From: Hormiphora californensis
Lineage: Eukaryota; Animalia; Ctenophora
Direction: 5' to 3'
DNA length: 64,000 nt
NCBI GenBank assembly: GCA_020137815.1
Contig: CM035359.1
Span: forward strand, 7,750,001-7,814,000
Shown: positions 38,580 through 62,324 of the stretch, piece after piece
How the letters are laid out: each line of letters begins with the position of its first letter
Numbering within the stretch: the first letter of the stretch is position 1
Notes under the pieces: model-generated
What the model saw: the letters and a program-made list of their open reading frames with translations, nothing else
What the model was told of the DNA's origin: nothing
Database searches by the model: none
Made by a program: the position numbers and the translations under genes

Positions 38580-41021
38580 TTATTTTTCTCCGTTTTCTGT
38601 GCTGAACTGCCGATTAAACATGCTCTGTACAGAGTAGATGTTCTTAGTCCCGGCTGCACCTTGTTCTCTCTCCTCCTTGTCTCCCTTAGCTGCTTCATCA
38701 ACTAGATCACGTACAATTGAGGGGACACACATGAAACTTCCCTGGTGAACCTACAACAGGGTTAGGAGTAAGGAATGAACCTACAACAGGTTTTAGTCAC
38801 GATTCTGCTTGTGTGATTTAGCCGTGTACTGCTGCAATGGACAGTCTATTCTAGGAGGAATAAGGATGTACCTGTTCAACCCTAATTAATGGTGGTAGAT
38901 CTCAGTCAGTAAACATGTTTTCTAAAACAATATACCTCTGTGTTGTTCTTCTCTGTGTTACTTCTCTGTGTTGTACCTCTGTGTTGTAGCAACGAAGTCC
39001 AAGCTCCCGAGATTCGGTATGACCAAAGCCTTGTTTAGGCACAGAAAAGTCCACCCCTTCTTGTCTGGACATTAGTGCAAATCCCATCGTTCCCTGGGGG
39101 CTAGTAGGGGCTAGGTTCACTGCGTAGCCAACTGAGTTGTAATACCTTGGGAGAGAGCTGTGTAGTAACAATTTATAATTTGGAAACATGGACTTCACTA
39201 GACCAACTGTAAGAAGAACGAACTATTTTCTATAGAACTAAACATCCAAATGTGTACGAGTACTAATATCAATCAAGGAACAATTACCGCTCGTTTCTAA
39301 AATGTATCTTTCTCACCGGTGAAACATTTTCATGTGCTCCCCGAGTGCAGAATCGTTAATGAGGGGTGGTGGTTGCGCAAAACAGATGACACCTTCCCAC
39401 GTCACTAGATATTGGAGGCCGTGTAACAACTCTGCTACCACTACCTGTATAAGGAGGATGATGTAAAGCTATGTTCAATGCTCATACTAGTATATCATTA
39501 ACTTTCCGGTGGTACCCGAGTAGTAACAAGGTTAATTGTTCAGATTAGTTTTACCTTGTGAGCAGGACTCTTGACGTCGGTGAACATGTCAACTATAATG
39601 CAATCAAACTTCTCCTTCCGCTTTTGTATCATCTATGGTGCAGTTTATAAGAAGTTGAGAAATAGAGACAGAAAATGGGACTCTTGTAGTCCCAGGCCCA
39701 GCTAGAAACCTCACTCTTATCAATGTCAAAATACCATGAAACCATTGTGATTTTCGTACCAGAAGCGGATCTCCGATGACCACCTCCACCTTTTCACTCC
39801 GTAGAGACTGAGTGCTGTCCTCAAAGTAGCGCATACTGAGATCGACTACCCTCTGATCCCGTTCCATTATTACCACCTGTATCGGCGGGGCGGGGGGGGG
39901 GGGGTTGACTCATTAGGGGCATTACACACCAGTAAATAAAAATAAAAATAAAAATGTCCTCTCTAATTTTAACAGAGCCAATCATTTCAACGTGCACAGG
40001 AGGATTTTAACGGGTTTAAAATTTAAAACATTTTTGATGATCAATTTCTGGGCAGGGGAAAACTCGAGTAGTTTATATGAAAATTTCCACCATATTTCCA
40101 CGTGTACTGGCAAGAATGTCACTCAGTTAAATTTTGATCCCCCGCCTGTATGACATTTTATTCATTTTAAAAGCTCTCAATAAAGGCTGTGTTAACTCGT
40201 TCAGACCCACTTTTTCATTTAACTTGTTAAAAGCGGGATAAAATGTACATTTAAAATATTTTCCCGCTTTCCCAAACCCCAGCCTACAAGATGTTCAACA
40301 CAAGAAAGAAATTCATTGATTTAGCTGGAGAAAAGTACCCTGTTGACTGATGGATGTTTAAGAACCTCGCTTGCCACTCCCCCATCTCCTCCACCTATTA
40401 TCAACACAGACTTGGGCTGGGAGTGGTTGGGAGCGTTACAGGTTGGGACTTGGGAGAGTTAGAAGTTGGGAGAGATAAAGGTTGGGAGAGTTAGAGGTTG
40501 GGAGTGTTAGATGTTGGGAGTGTTAGAGGTTGGGAGAGTTAGAGGTTGGGAGTGTTAGAGAATAAAATACTGTCATCCTAATTTGCGTCCTTACAAGCAC
40601 ACTTGGATCTTGGTTATATGAACAGTCCAGCGGGTCTATCCTACCTCATATACCATACCAAGAGGCAGGTAAGCCATCATCTCACTATATAACCACCCAT
40701 CTCGCTCCGTTTTTACCACCATCCTATCCAGAAGAAGGGCCCGCCCGTAGCTGGACGTCATCACTACACTTATCTTCTGGAAATCACTCTCCCCCGTGTA
40801 AAGAACCTAGAACGGGAAGGGCTGGGAGAATAAAACTAACTGATTTTCCTACACAACGTCAAGAAAAAGACCGAAACCCAAAATGAGGGAAGTCCTTGAA
40901 TCAAAATGACCAGGTCAATGAAATGTACCTTTTCAAGTTTCAGACTGGTTGCTTTGGTGTGTTTGTCCGGGTGAGCCCATTCACTGTGCCAGTTCCCCGA
41001 CCAAGTCTTATGGGAATTCAT
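38580..41021 (-). CDS. Divergent spermidine synthase-like aminopropyltransferase, multi-exon
   Basis: Spliced motifs [81 protein letters not shown] and LRCYNTE|VHQGSF follow the spermidine synthase pattern; upstream exons possible. Confidence 0.85.
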
Positions 41022-43742
41022 GGCAGCACTCACTGGTTGCCTGGCTGCTAAACTAAACAACTGGGGGCAGAGACTTCTAGGAAATGTTGCCAACCATGAT
41101 AGTTCAAAAATTGGTGAACATGAAAATTATTAAACTAATGTCTGAACTCTCATCTCAGGAGAAGAACAGGTCCTTCTTGAGAGGTTCAAGATTAGCATAG
41201 CCATAATGAAAACAACAATACACAATAAAATAATCATAGCAAGCTGTTGAAGCAGTTAATGTAGGGTAGACTGAAATGTGCAAACCAACTTACACAGTTT
41301 CACACTAGGTACTCGCACAGTTTACACGCCCGGGTTATCAAATATCAACATCCAGGAACTGAGAACTCGAACACACAGTCACACACCCTTTTTGGCTCCA
41401 TTGCAACCTATTCTCGTGATGTGAGATCTGTCAGGCCAATGCTCTGACAGTGTGAGATCGATCTCAGGTATCCATGTGGGCAAACACCTTTTCAGTTAGA
41501 ACAGTTTCTTCAATTCTTCATCTCCATTTCCTGACTACTCCTGTTTCCAGACTTCAGCAGAGTTACACACAGCTCAGTTTTCTTACCATTCGCCAAGTCT
41601 GTAATAGGAGAATTGCCATGCTAGTGCTACGCGTCTGTCCATTCCGCCCCAATTCAAGCGCCCTTCGGGCTCGCGTAAGCTGAAAGCTCACGCGTACATG
41701 AGTGCTTCACAAAGCCTCATGAAGCCTCCTGCCTCAAGAGGCCTCATGCCATGCCATGCTACGCAGTCTGTCTATTCGGCACTTTAAGCGCCTCGGACAG
41801 CTCGCTTTCGCTCGCCCTTCGGCCCGATGCATCGCGATGTGAGAGCTGGTAGAAAAGGAACATGTCAATCATGAAGCCTCATGAGGCCCTGAAACATGAG
41901 GCCTCATGAGGCACGTCATGAGGCAAATGGAAACGTTCTTCCGACTAACAAAAATTCTTTTTTCGTTTTTCCTCATATTGGTACGCGCAAATACAACGCC
42001 GCGCTAAAAGAAACAAATTTTACTGAGCCGCGCTCTCAACAGCCTTACTAGTGGAAGCTCTTACGGTAATTCCCACGCACCGTGGGAACATTTCCCACGC
42101 CGCGCCCTCTTTTCCCACGCTTTGCTTTCGACGCGCAAAAAATTATCGCGCGTGACGTCTACTAAAATGTTGAGGATGCAGTTGTTAACAACATTGGGCC
42201 AATTTGGGTAGCGCCGCGAACATCGGAGCACTGCAGCAGCAGCACGTCACTGAGAATTTCGTTACAATCACACTGCACACACATGCCACATTGCATCAAT
42301 GGATTGCATCATTGACGTTGGAACATCAATGAGGAACAGTTCGGTGGAAGGGAAACCAGTCCAAGAGTGCTGTCATGGCTGTAACCAGCCCCAGCGTCGT
42401 CTAATTACAACGATAAAGTATGAAAGTTTCACCCTCCGCCGAAACATTCCTAATTGATATATTGGGTACAAAATAAATATTCTTTGATTAGATGGATTTA
42501 TAACAAATTGAACGCAAAGTTCTAAGAAGACAGATCACAAACAATTGTTAACTTTCTGGACACTACTTATCGATCACAATATATGTATGTATATAATATT
42601 CTCAAAGAGTTTTGTTCAAACCCTAGAACATGGTAAAAAGAGTTCGTGATCTGATATCCTAATCTAACGATAATTATAGTCCTATAAATCTCAATTTACA
42701 GCAGCATCTTGTAGGGAATGCGGACAGTGACAGCTCCGTGTCTAACTTTAGTAGACGTGTCCGATGTCCGTACCGTAGTTAGTCGAATTCCGTTATATTA
42801 TTATGGGAAACGGGTCTAACGGCTGATTCAAGGCATCGATTTTAGATACACATATCTTGTAGATGGGATGATATTAATCGTCTAGAGAGGGTGTTGTAAC
42901 CAGTACTCGGCATAATCCTGGGAGGGGGAGGGAATGTTAGTTAAAAGAGCGTCCAGTACCATGCTCCTTTCATAATTTGGTTTATCGACTATTCAAAAAG
43001 ACAACCGTCTAGCTGAGAAAGAGACACAAATCATCTCTTCTGAGAAGGGATGATTTCAGTCTTCTCCGCTTCCTTCCTTATCTTAATGTGTCACATGGGG
43101 TGGGCCTCTATCAGAAATGACAAGAATCAATAATTTTGTACCTCTCATCTGGCCGGGATCCGAAGTGGCGGGGCAAATAAAATGTGGTTTGAATGGGAGC
43201 CTCTCTCATTATCTCTAGTGCTCGGTCGTGGGTACAGTTAGTCAGGACCTGCAAGGAGAGCTGTTATTACATATCTAGGTATGTATGATTGTGTAAAAAT
43301 TCCCTCTTATTCCCTCTCCTGAATTCCCCTCGACAATGTTCTTATGTTACATTTGTTCGCGGCGTGGTGAAGCAGGGTGGAACAAGACAATCAGGTTCAG
43401 TACTCACCAGCTACACTGAGCAGTGTATCCTTAGGTATAATCTCAGTCGCCACTGCAGGACTACTCAACACCCTGATACAGCCCTGGAGTGTGTCGCTAC
43501 CTCCCTGAATCAGAATGCAGAATGGTGATGCCAAGAGCCTGCCGAACTATTGTCACCGTCACTATTTGTTCGTAGTGTAGAGTTTTACTGATCGTCAAAC
43601 CTAGAGGATGAACAGGGATTAGAGAGATCTGCACTCGGTATCAGGGGAGTGTGAGCAGGTTGTTATGTTCTGAGTTCTGACCCTCCTAAAAATTTGTAAA
43701 CACACACAACAAGAATCCCATTCAAAAGAAAGACTATGAAAT

Positions 43743-43743
<1 letters not shown>

Positions 43744-43814
<71 letters not shown>

Positions 43815-44476
43815 TCCATCTCCATCTCCATCTCCATCTCCATCTCCATCTCCATCTCCATCTCCATCTCCATCTCCATCTCCATCTCCATCTCCATCTC
43901 CATCTCCATCTCCATCTCCATCTCCATCTCCATCTCCATCTCCATCTCCATCTCCATCTCCATCTCCATCTCCATCTCCATCTCCATCTCCATCTCCATC
44001 TCCATCTCCATCTCCATCTCCATCTCCATCTCCATCTCCATCTCCATCTCCATCTCCATCTCCATCTCCATCTCCATCTCCATCTCCATCTCCATCTCCA
44101 TCTCCATCTCCATCTCCATCTCCATCTCCATCTCCATCTCCATCTCCATCTCCATCTCCATCTCCATCTCCATCTCCATCTCCATCTCCATCTCCTAAAA
44201 TCCGTGTGTCGTCACTTCTCTACCTCATCTCCACTACCTTGTTTCTACCGAACCCCGGGGTAATGGGCGACCGGATCTAAATTATGATGGCACACCGACT
44301 AGGAGGGAAGCCCCTGCACCCAACCCTTGTCCATCTCCATCTCCATCTCCATCTCCATCTCTATCTCCATCTCTATCTCTATCTCTATCTCCATCTCCAT
44401 CTCTATCTCTATCTCTATCTCTATCTCTATCTCTATCTCCATCTCTATCTCTATCTCTATCTCCATCTCTATCTCT
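43744..44476. repeat. (CT)n, (CCATCT)n and (CTCCAT/CTCTAT)n microsatellites
   Basis: 43744-44194 and 44329-44476 read directly. Confidence 0.98.
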
Positions 44477-45534
44477 AACAATTCTCCCTCCCTACTCACG
44501 GCGGAGTAACTTTTCAGCTACTATAGTGTAACTTAGCCTACAGTGCAACAAGGTCGAACAAGGCAAGGCAGGGGGTGTGATTTGATCGATACTGGAACTG
44601 GTAAGAGATTATAGCAAGTAGCAACGTGTGATCTGAAACTTACTCATGAGTGGTAAGTGCACTGCTATCTCCATCCCCGATATTAAAGAGCATCTCCAGC
44701 TCTGCATCGGATGGGGGCACTGGACAAGATTGGCATTCATTACAGTTAGTCGGACCCTATTCTTGCATGGTCGTAGTAGGCTGCCTGTTCGAATGATAGG
44801 CCACTAACGGGGACATCGTTTATTGCAGGGACAACGTCACCCGACCGGAGACGGCCATCTTGGTATATTAGACCTGGGGGAAGAGGTGAGGTCAGTCAAG
44901 ACTAGATCTGGTGAAGAGAGGATCAGGACCTGGTGATGGATATGTAATCAATAAACCTGGGTTTATATGTAGCGGGTCACCCGCTAGGGTGATTCGCTGC
45001 ACCATATACTGCCCGACCTGCGAAGCAGGGAGGGTGGTATATGGTATAAAACCCTACCAAAGGGAGGGGTTTATACTTTATATAAGCAAGGATTTATTGA
45101 TTATAAGTTTTAGCGGCAAAAACATCCTTGCTTTTAATAGCGGGCGGGGTATATCAGACAAATTTTCACCCGCTGACATTCATATAGGGAAATGGAAGTG
45201 AATTTGATACTTTGTTCAAGTGCTCACACTTGCACTCTATGTTCCAAAATCCCCCTCTAAACTATATACAGCGTGCACTAACCTGTTGACACGATATTCT
45301 TGACAGCAAGATGTTCCTGTTCATTTAGACAGAGCGTCATACCAAGCCTGGAATTATTTTCTCTCACAAACTCTACCACAAAGGGCCGATCCAAATATCT
45401 GTCCATCATATTGTACAGAGATGGTCGTGGTGTCGGGTAGATACACAGTGGTTTTACTAAACGATCTTCAACCTAGAGGATGATAGGGAGAGTTAATATT
45501 GTGCCTAGCTGTTAATAACTTTTTCATAGACATA

Positions 45535-45615
45535 CAGTCGGACCCCGATTTAGTGGCATCCTCGGGGAAAAAATCCTGCCACTAAATCGGGGGCCACTAA
45601 ATCGGGGTCCGACTG
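45535..45615. mobile_element. Tiny palindromic Tc1/pogo-type MITE
   Basis: TA-cagtcggaccccgatttagtggc...gccactaaatcggggtccgactg-TA; the same left end occurs at about 61697. Confidence 0.8.
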
Positions 45616-46024
45616 TATTGCCAATCTCCCTCTTGTGACTTGACTAGATGATAGACTTGACTAGATGATAGAATATGTAGGTCATAGGTGCCCAGTGGAA
45701 AACCCCAACGGGGCACCTACCTATTCTATAATCTAGTGTGTGATCAGGTTACATAGTACCAATGGTACCGTACCATTCGATCTAGTCTCTCTGTAGGGCC
45801 GTATCTTCACAGTTAGGAATCTTTTCTTAACATTTTTGTAGATTCTTAGTGCTCCCTCGTGAGACACAGGGACGGCACTCGTGGATGTCCGGGTGTCCGC
45901 GGACACCCAGGCCAAAAAGACGGAGAAAGAAAAGAAAAAATGGAAAAAACCAAAAAGAATGGTGCTCCAACCACAATTTACAATTACTACAGAGTACAGA
46001 AGGGCAATTCTTTATCTTGTGTTA

Positions 46025-46246
46025 AAGTCGGATTTTTTGAAACTGTCACCCCCCTGAAATAACAAAATTTGCCATATCTCCGGTTCCTGATAAGATAGAG
46101 ACTTGAAATTTGGAGGTTCGGAAGAACTTAGCAAGATCTTCGTAACCTCCAAATTTCAAGTTTCTATCTCGTCAGGAACCGGATTTATGGTCATTTACGA
46201 AATTTGAAAATACCCAGGGGGGTGACAGTTTCAAAAAATCCGACTT
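46025..46246. mobile_element. MITE family 4
   Basis: TIR aagtcggattttttgaaactgtcacccc; the same TIR surrounds a different core at 46852-47002. Confidence 0.85.
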
Positions 46247-46338
46247 TACCTGTTTAGAGGTGAGCATCAGCAGCTGCAGCCCCATCTGAATGTCTTTCTT
46301 TTATGTAGGGAAACAACGAATCAAAGGAGCTTTGTCTA

Positions 46339-46612
46339 AAGTCGAATTTTTTAATCAAGGGACAGAGGGGGCCGCGCATTCAGAGGGGTCGCGCGGCTTT
46401 GTATTTGCGCGTGATAGTCGAGATCAAGTTCCTGGCAATCTTAAGACTTGAACCCGGAAGCGTTGGAAAGATAATTTTAAGACCTTTTCAACGCAACCAA
46501 GATCAAGTCTTTATCTTATCAGGAAGAGGAGATATGAGCGAAAACATTTAGCACGCGCAAAAAGACTTTGTAAATGCGCGGCCCCCTGTCCCTTGATTAA
46601 AAAATTCGACTA
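46339..46612. mobile_element. MITE family 3, second copy
   Basis: Matches 26809-27082. Confidence 0.88.
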
Positions 46613-46840
46613 TAAAGAGTAAAAACTAAAAACTGAATCGAAGAAACGATAAAAATTTGAGAAATCCACGCGCAGCCCAGCTGTTTTGTCAGCACTGTAT
46701 ATGCTTTCGGCGTGGGAAAAATGCGCGCAGCGTGAGAATTTCCCACGCTCGTGGGAATTACCGTAAGAGCTTCCACTATACTGCGCGGCTCTTTTATATT
46801 ATAATTTAAATTAAATAGTGATCGCGATCGATGCACGGCA

Positions 46841-47524
46841 GGGCGCGATTAAAGTCGGATTTTTTGAAACTGTCACCCCCCTTTTCGTGCGCGGAATGTT
46901 TTTGCGCGTCACATCACATGTTAACGTGTGGTGTGCGCGTCAAAATTGATAAATTTCACATGCGCGGTCATTTTGGGGTGACAGTTTCAAAAAATCCGAC
47001 TTTATAATCTGGGTGCCTTGGAGCCTGTTTACAGGTGCGCGCTACCAAAAGAGTACACTTAGACCGACTTTTTTCAAACGGCTATAGCCATGCAACCACA
47101 TGGCCAATTTGAGTAAACTAAACGGTATCTGTTAGAGAATCGATAGCCCTAACCGATAACCCCTAACCAAACCCTAACCAGACCCTAACGGATAGCCCTA
47201 ACCCGTCGCGCGCGCTAAAACTACGAATTGTTAGCAATGAAAGGCACCCAGATTTTAACGTTTTCCTGCACGGCAGGCCAGCGTTAAAATCTGGGTGTTT
47301 CGTGAGTGCTGACAAACGGTTTTTTAGGGTTAGGGCTAAAGTAGGGTTAGGGTTAGGGTTGGGGTTTGGGTTGGGGTTAGGCCTTGACATTCCCTACCAG
47401 ATAAACTTTGAATTAGCCAAAACGGTTGAGTGGTTCGGCGGTTAGAGCCGTTTTAGTGAATCAACTTTTTTGGCAGCGCGCACCTGTAAACAGGCCACCA
47501 AACACCCAGATCGTAACGGCGCCC
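46841..47524 (+). mobile_element. Adjacent telomere-repeat MITEs A (46841-47266, with a nested family-4 MITE) and B (47276-47524)
   Basis: The 9-mer TGCACGGCA occurs at 46832, 47267 and 47525. Confidence 0.87.
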
Positions 47525-47563
47525 TGCACGGCAGATACACTTTCTTTATTCTTAGGTTTGGCC

Positions 47564-48683
47564 ATGATTTGGTCACATTCGATACGCCGCTGTAGCTCAT
47601 TATTATGGAGGCCATATCACCGATGTTTTGCTACAACTTCAGCAGAATCAATACTTCCCACTTCCCAAGTTTTGGAAATTGACAAAGAAACACAAAATCG
47701 GATCAGACTCATTTGCAGAAGATACAGCCCTATTCAATATCGGCTTGCCATGCCCTTTGCAGAGTATGCCTCATTCAAGCATAAGTTAAAAATGTGGAAG
47801 AGGGCAGTTGGGGTTGGTGGATACACGCTAAGCCTATTTGTTTGTGTCCAAATTTCGCCGCTTCTCATTCCACAGATAACGACAGGAGAACCAATCGCCC
47901 TCTTGTGAGTGTTTCCATAAATTAAAGGTAAACCAAAACTACTGTGACCCTGACTTGGGTTTTGTGAAATTTCCCACGGTCATAGCTCCACTCCCTGATG
48001 AGAGACCTGAAATTTGTTTTGTAGAAAAAACTCCTTACAAAACAAATTTCAAATCTCTATCTTATCAGGGGGTGGAGCTATGGCCGTCTAAAATCCGGTC
48101 GTACGCATGAAGGGCCATAGTAGATTTGGTTTACCTTTAATTTTATTGACTGTATTCTTCCATTAACATCGCTATTAAATTGCCGTAAACTGATATACTT
48201 TTCAGTGGAATTGAAGGTCTTGATCCCATGTTCGTTGGAATGGTCGGCTCTACTGTTATTGGAATACTCTCAGCTTGGATGTCTTTCGCTGCCTATCCCA
48301 CTGTCCGCCTGACACTCAGTGGAGCCGAGGTCAAGGGAAACTATCTTGAGGTATTGTTTTCTGTTGTAGTACATAGTATGGACAAATTGTTTTCATATTC
48401 ACGTCATAGCTACACATTTTATTTTTTACTGATTCAGCCTTACAGAATTTAATATTACAATTCTAAAGTTCTGCTGCTTCAACAGAGAGAAAGAGATCTG
48501 AACCGGCGACTAAACAAGTACCGGTGCATCGAGCAGGCGGAGGTAGGCCATGATGACGATTACTACGGAGACAAAATTCGAGACCTGTCTGATTACCGAT
48601 ACTGGGTGCGGGTGCAACAAATAAAACACGAGAGTGCTACAAAGAGGAAGGAAGCTAAATTATTTCAATTTAAAAACAATTGA
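47564..48683 (+). CDS. PAM17: Pam17-like mitochondrial presequence translocase-associated motor subunit (exons 47564-47904, 48206-48350, 48486-48683)
   Basis: Arg/Ser-rich presequence-like N-terminus, two hydrophobic segments around LFGIEGLDPMFV, and C-terminal DYYGDKIRDLSDYRYWVR resembling the fungal Pam17 motif DYYGEKI.SL..Y..WLR (recalled, not searched). Confidence 0.8.
47926..48136. mobile_element. MITE with TTAA flanks in Pam17 intron 1
   Basis: TTAA-aggtaaaccaaaactac...gtagatttggtttacct-TTAA. Confidence 0.75.
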
Positions 48684-48816
48684 GGACAATGTTTTAGTTT
48701 AAAATAATATCAAGTAACTTTTTAACACTTTTTCTATGAGATTTTGAAGTGTTTTCACTTGATCCGATTTTTACGCTATAATCAAAACCGTGTTCTCCCT
48801 CCCTCCACAAGACATT

Positions 48817-52557
<3,741 letters not shown>

Positions 52558-53070
52558 AGGAAGGGAGACAATAATAAAATAGCATAACACTGCGCTCAGC
52601 TACACACACAACAAGACGAAGCACAATCAGTTATTAATATTATCGCAATTTATTTTCCGTTATTGTTTTACATATAAACACGATACATTGTTTTAACACC
52701 CGAGTTTTCGTATTATCATTATATTCCCACTGTGAACAATTTTAAGAGTGGCACGCCGTTTTTTCTCACAAAACTTAATGGATAAGCAGGGAATATAGTA
52801 CCATCAGAACCATTGCTACGGCATCGAACATTTTTAATTCTGCCTTGTTCATTAGTTATGACGTATGTTCATTGATCATTATTTTGACTTTTTTATATTA
52901 CTCTACAGCAAAATCTGTACATTGTGGATCCACTAAGTTTTGTGAAAAAACACGGCGTCCACGTCCTACTCTTCCATACTGTTTATCCTCTCACTTGAAA
53001 GTTTATACTCATCCAACATTATATCATGTTACCTAAAAACTGATCTATTTTAGAAGGATATGAAACTACC

Positions 53071-60232
<7,162 letters not shown>

Positions 60233-62324
60233 TTATATCCGGGAATATTATTATGCTTAAACGGCCCGGGACTTTCTGAACTTTTTGTTCTCTTAATTTG
60301 ATAAAGAGATAATTAAGAGAGAAGAAACTGTTACATTTACACTCTTTTCGAGAGACTGATGCTTTTGTGATTTCTGGTTTTTTGAGCTCCATTTTTGTTG
60401 TTTTTGCATGTAATTTTTGATGTGTGATAATATGAGGGAAATTACTAATTAGAATGTGATATTATTGTGATTGGTGAGATTATATGTGTACGTAATTTAT
60501 TCTCATATCCTCTTATATTTGCATTATCCTATATATGGAAAGCCCCGCTACTGCAGCAGTAGTTCTGCAACGTGTACATGAATGTAACCAGCACACACTG
60601 ATGCGCCAGCAGAGTTTTCGCTGCGTGATATAATGGGTGGTGTGGTGGGTATATTGTGGGTTGTGAGGGGGACTATCTAGACAGAGCCCCCACATCAGGA
60701 ACTGGGACATTGCGACACACTGCGTGTCTCAATTTTTTGAGTCTAATGACGTACCGCGCGGTACACATCGTACAAAGTTATGGGCGCAAGAGCAAAGCCA
60801 GTGCGCTGCGCGCGTCCTATTTGAAAGAAAATGCGCTGACAAGGGTTGAATTAAGTCCTGTTCTAATTCTAAGATCTTTCAACTACTTCTTGGGGGTGAG
60901 ACTGTGACACGGGGAGCCCTAGAAGGAGCTCAGATTGGGGCTGTGGATGAAGGGGCTTCTGTCGGATGAAGGGTTTATTTCAGTGCACCTGCACATACGA
61001 GTCATAACGGAGCCGGATTTTTGTATAATTAATTAATAATAAATATAATTATGATCGCATAAGGCAAGTTCCCCCCCCCCGTCCGACTCGAAGTTGGGTT
61101 CATATTTTGTCGAACCTCAACCTGCAAGTTGTTAACATATTTCAAAGTTTTCACTACTTCTCAAATGACCCTGAATGATCATATTGAATCACCATTATAT
61201 CACCATTCCGCGGCAGGCAACATAGTGAGAGCTATTATCACTTGCCTTTTGCGATCATATATATCACTACTGCAGTGAAAACATCAAATATAATGTATGG
61301 GATATTAAATCTTATATATAACTGGTGTTCTTGGATTTTGATTGGTACATTATCGAATAATTTTGAAAAAACAACTGTCTATGCTGTTACTCAGTCATGT
61401 CTCGCCCTACAAGATTTTCGATTTAATACAGTTTGAATCTGAAACAATGTTCATTTTGAAACAATAATATGTCAATAAATGTTTTCTTTTCTGGCTGGTA
61501 ATGGCACGTGTTTCACTAGTTGCGTCCCCTGAGTCGCATTGCCAGGTGAATATCACGAGGCATGATGGTAACCCTCTTGGCGTGGATGGCACACAGGTTG
61601 GTATCCTCAAACATGCCAACCAAATGGGCTTCTGCTGATTCCTGAATATTGGGAGTATGTTAGTTATCACATTATAATACTGACCGAAACTATGTACAGT
61701 CGGACCCCGATTTAGTGGCACACCGATTTAGTGGCAGGATTTTTCCCCCGATTTTTCCCCCCGATATAGGAAATTAACATTATTTGACCCCGATTTAGTG
61801 GCACCCAATAATAAATCCAATAATAAATCCTTTATCAAGAAATTGATAAAGGATTTATATCCGAAACGTTGAATTAATCTTGTTTTGCTGTTTACACCCT
61901 ATACTCTCTACATCAAGGATGAGATCTAATAAATCAAATTTTACACCCATCCGCCACATCCCAGTCCACAATTAGGATACTTTCCCGACCTCTGAGGGAT
62001 TGGAAAAGTTGCCAGGCAGGTGGCAGATCTCGGCCAATAATTTTAACGACATTTTTATTTTGAAATAACAATTTTATAAAACTTGACAGGAATCTGCCAC
62101 CGTAGTACGTGTGTGCTTGTCAGCACTGACTGTACATCGCAAGTCCTCTTCGCACCGGGCCTTCGGGCCGGTGCGAAGAGGACGATCTTATATGACCCAA
62201 GTGCGTGCCTGTTACACTGAATCTTCAGCAAATGGAACCAATCTGTAACTTCGGATCCAGATGGGATAGAAGCTACGCTATAGCCTTCTGAAGTCCGTTT
62301 TTTCAGCCAAACACTCATAAAACG

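Larger units (their letters stand above)
43140..45866 (-). pseudogene. Decayed intron-containing multi-PDZ gene fragment
   Basis: Exons encode VSHEGALRIYKNVKKRFLTVKI; FVRENNSRLGMTL..|GLIYQDGRLRSGDVVPAINDVPVSGLSFEQA [frameshift] LLRPCKNRVRLTV; VTIVRQALGITI [7-nt duplication] IQGGSDT..DTLLSVAG; LTNCTHDRALEIMREAP. No start found. Confidence 0.72.
42051..46776. mobile_element. 4.7-kb TIR-bounded element with TA flanks, carrying host gene fragments (Pack-TIR-like)
   Basis: Left end gtggaagctcttacggtaattcccacg is the exact 27-bp reverse complement of the right end cgtgggaattaccgtaagagcttccac; similarity extends imperfectly to about 70 bp; TA on both sides. Confidence 0.65.

Noticed and set aside
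40700-40730. Apparent frameshift in the spermidine-synthase-like exon
   Set aside because: Recounting the T5 run shows the frame is intact ([11 protein letters not shown]).
42070-42119. Clusters of CGTGGGAA as Su(H)/CSL Notch-response sites (also 46711-46757 and 25101-25119)
   Set aside because: The 42-kb and 46.7-kb clusters lie inside the matching inverted termini of a putative transposon, which explains them more simply; a regulatory role is not excluded but unsupported.
43619-44509. ME/LH/SP/IS dipeptide ORFs (also 49795-50182)
   Set aside because: Microsatellite translations.
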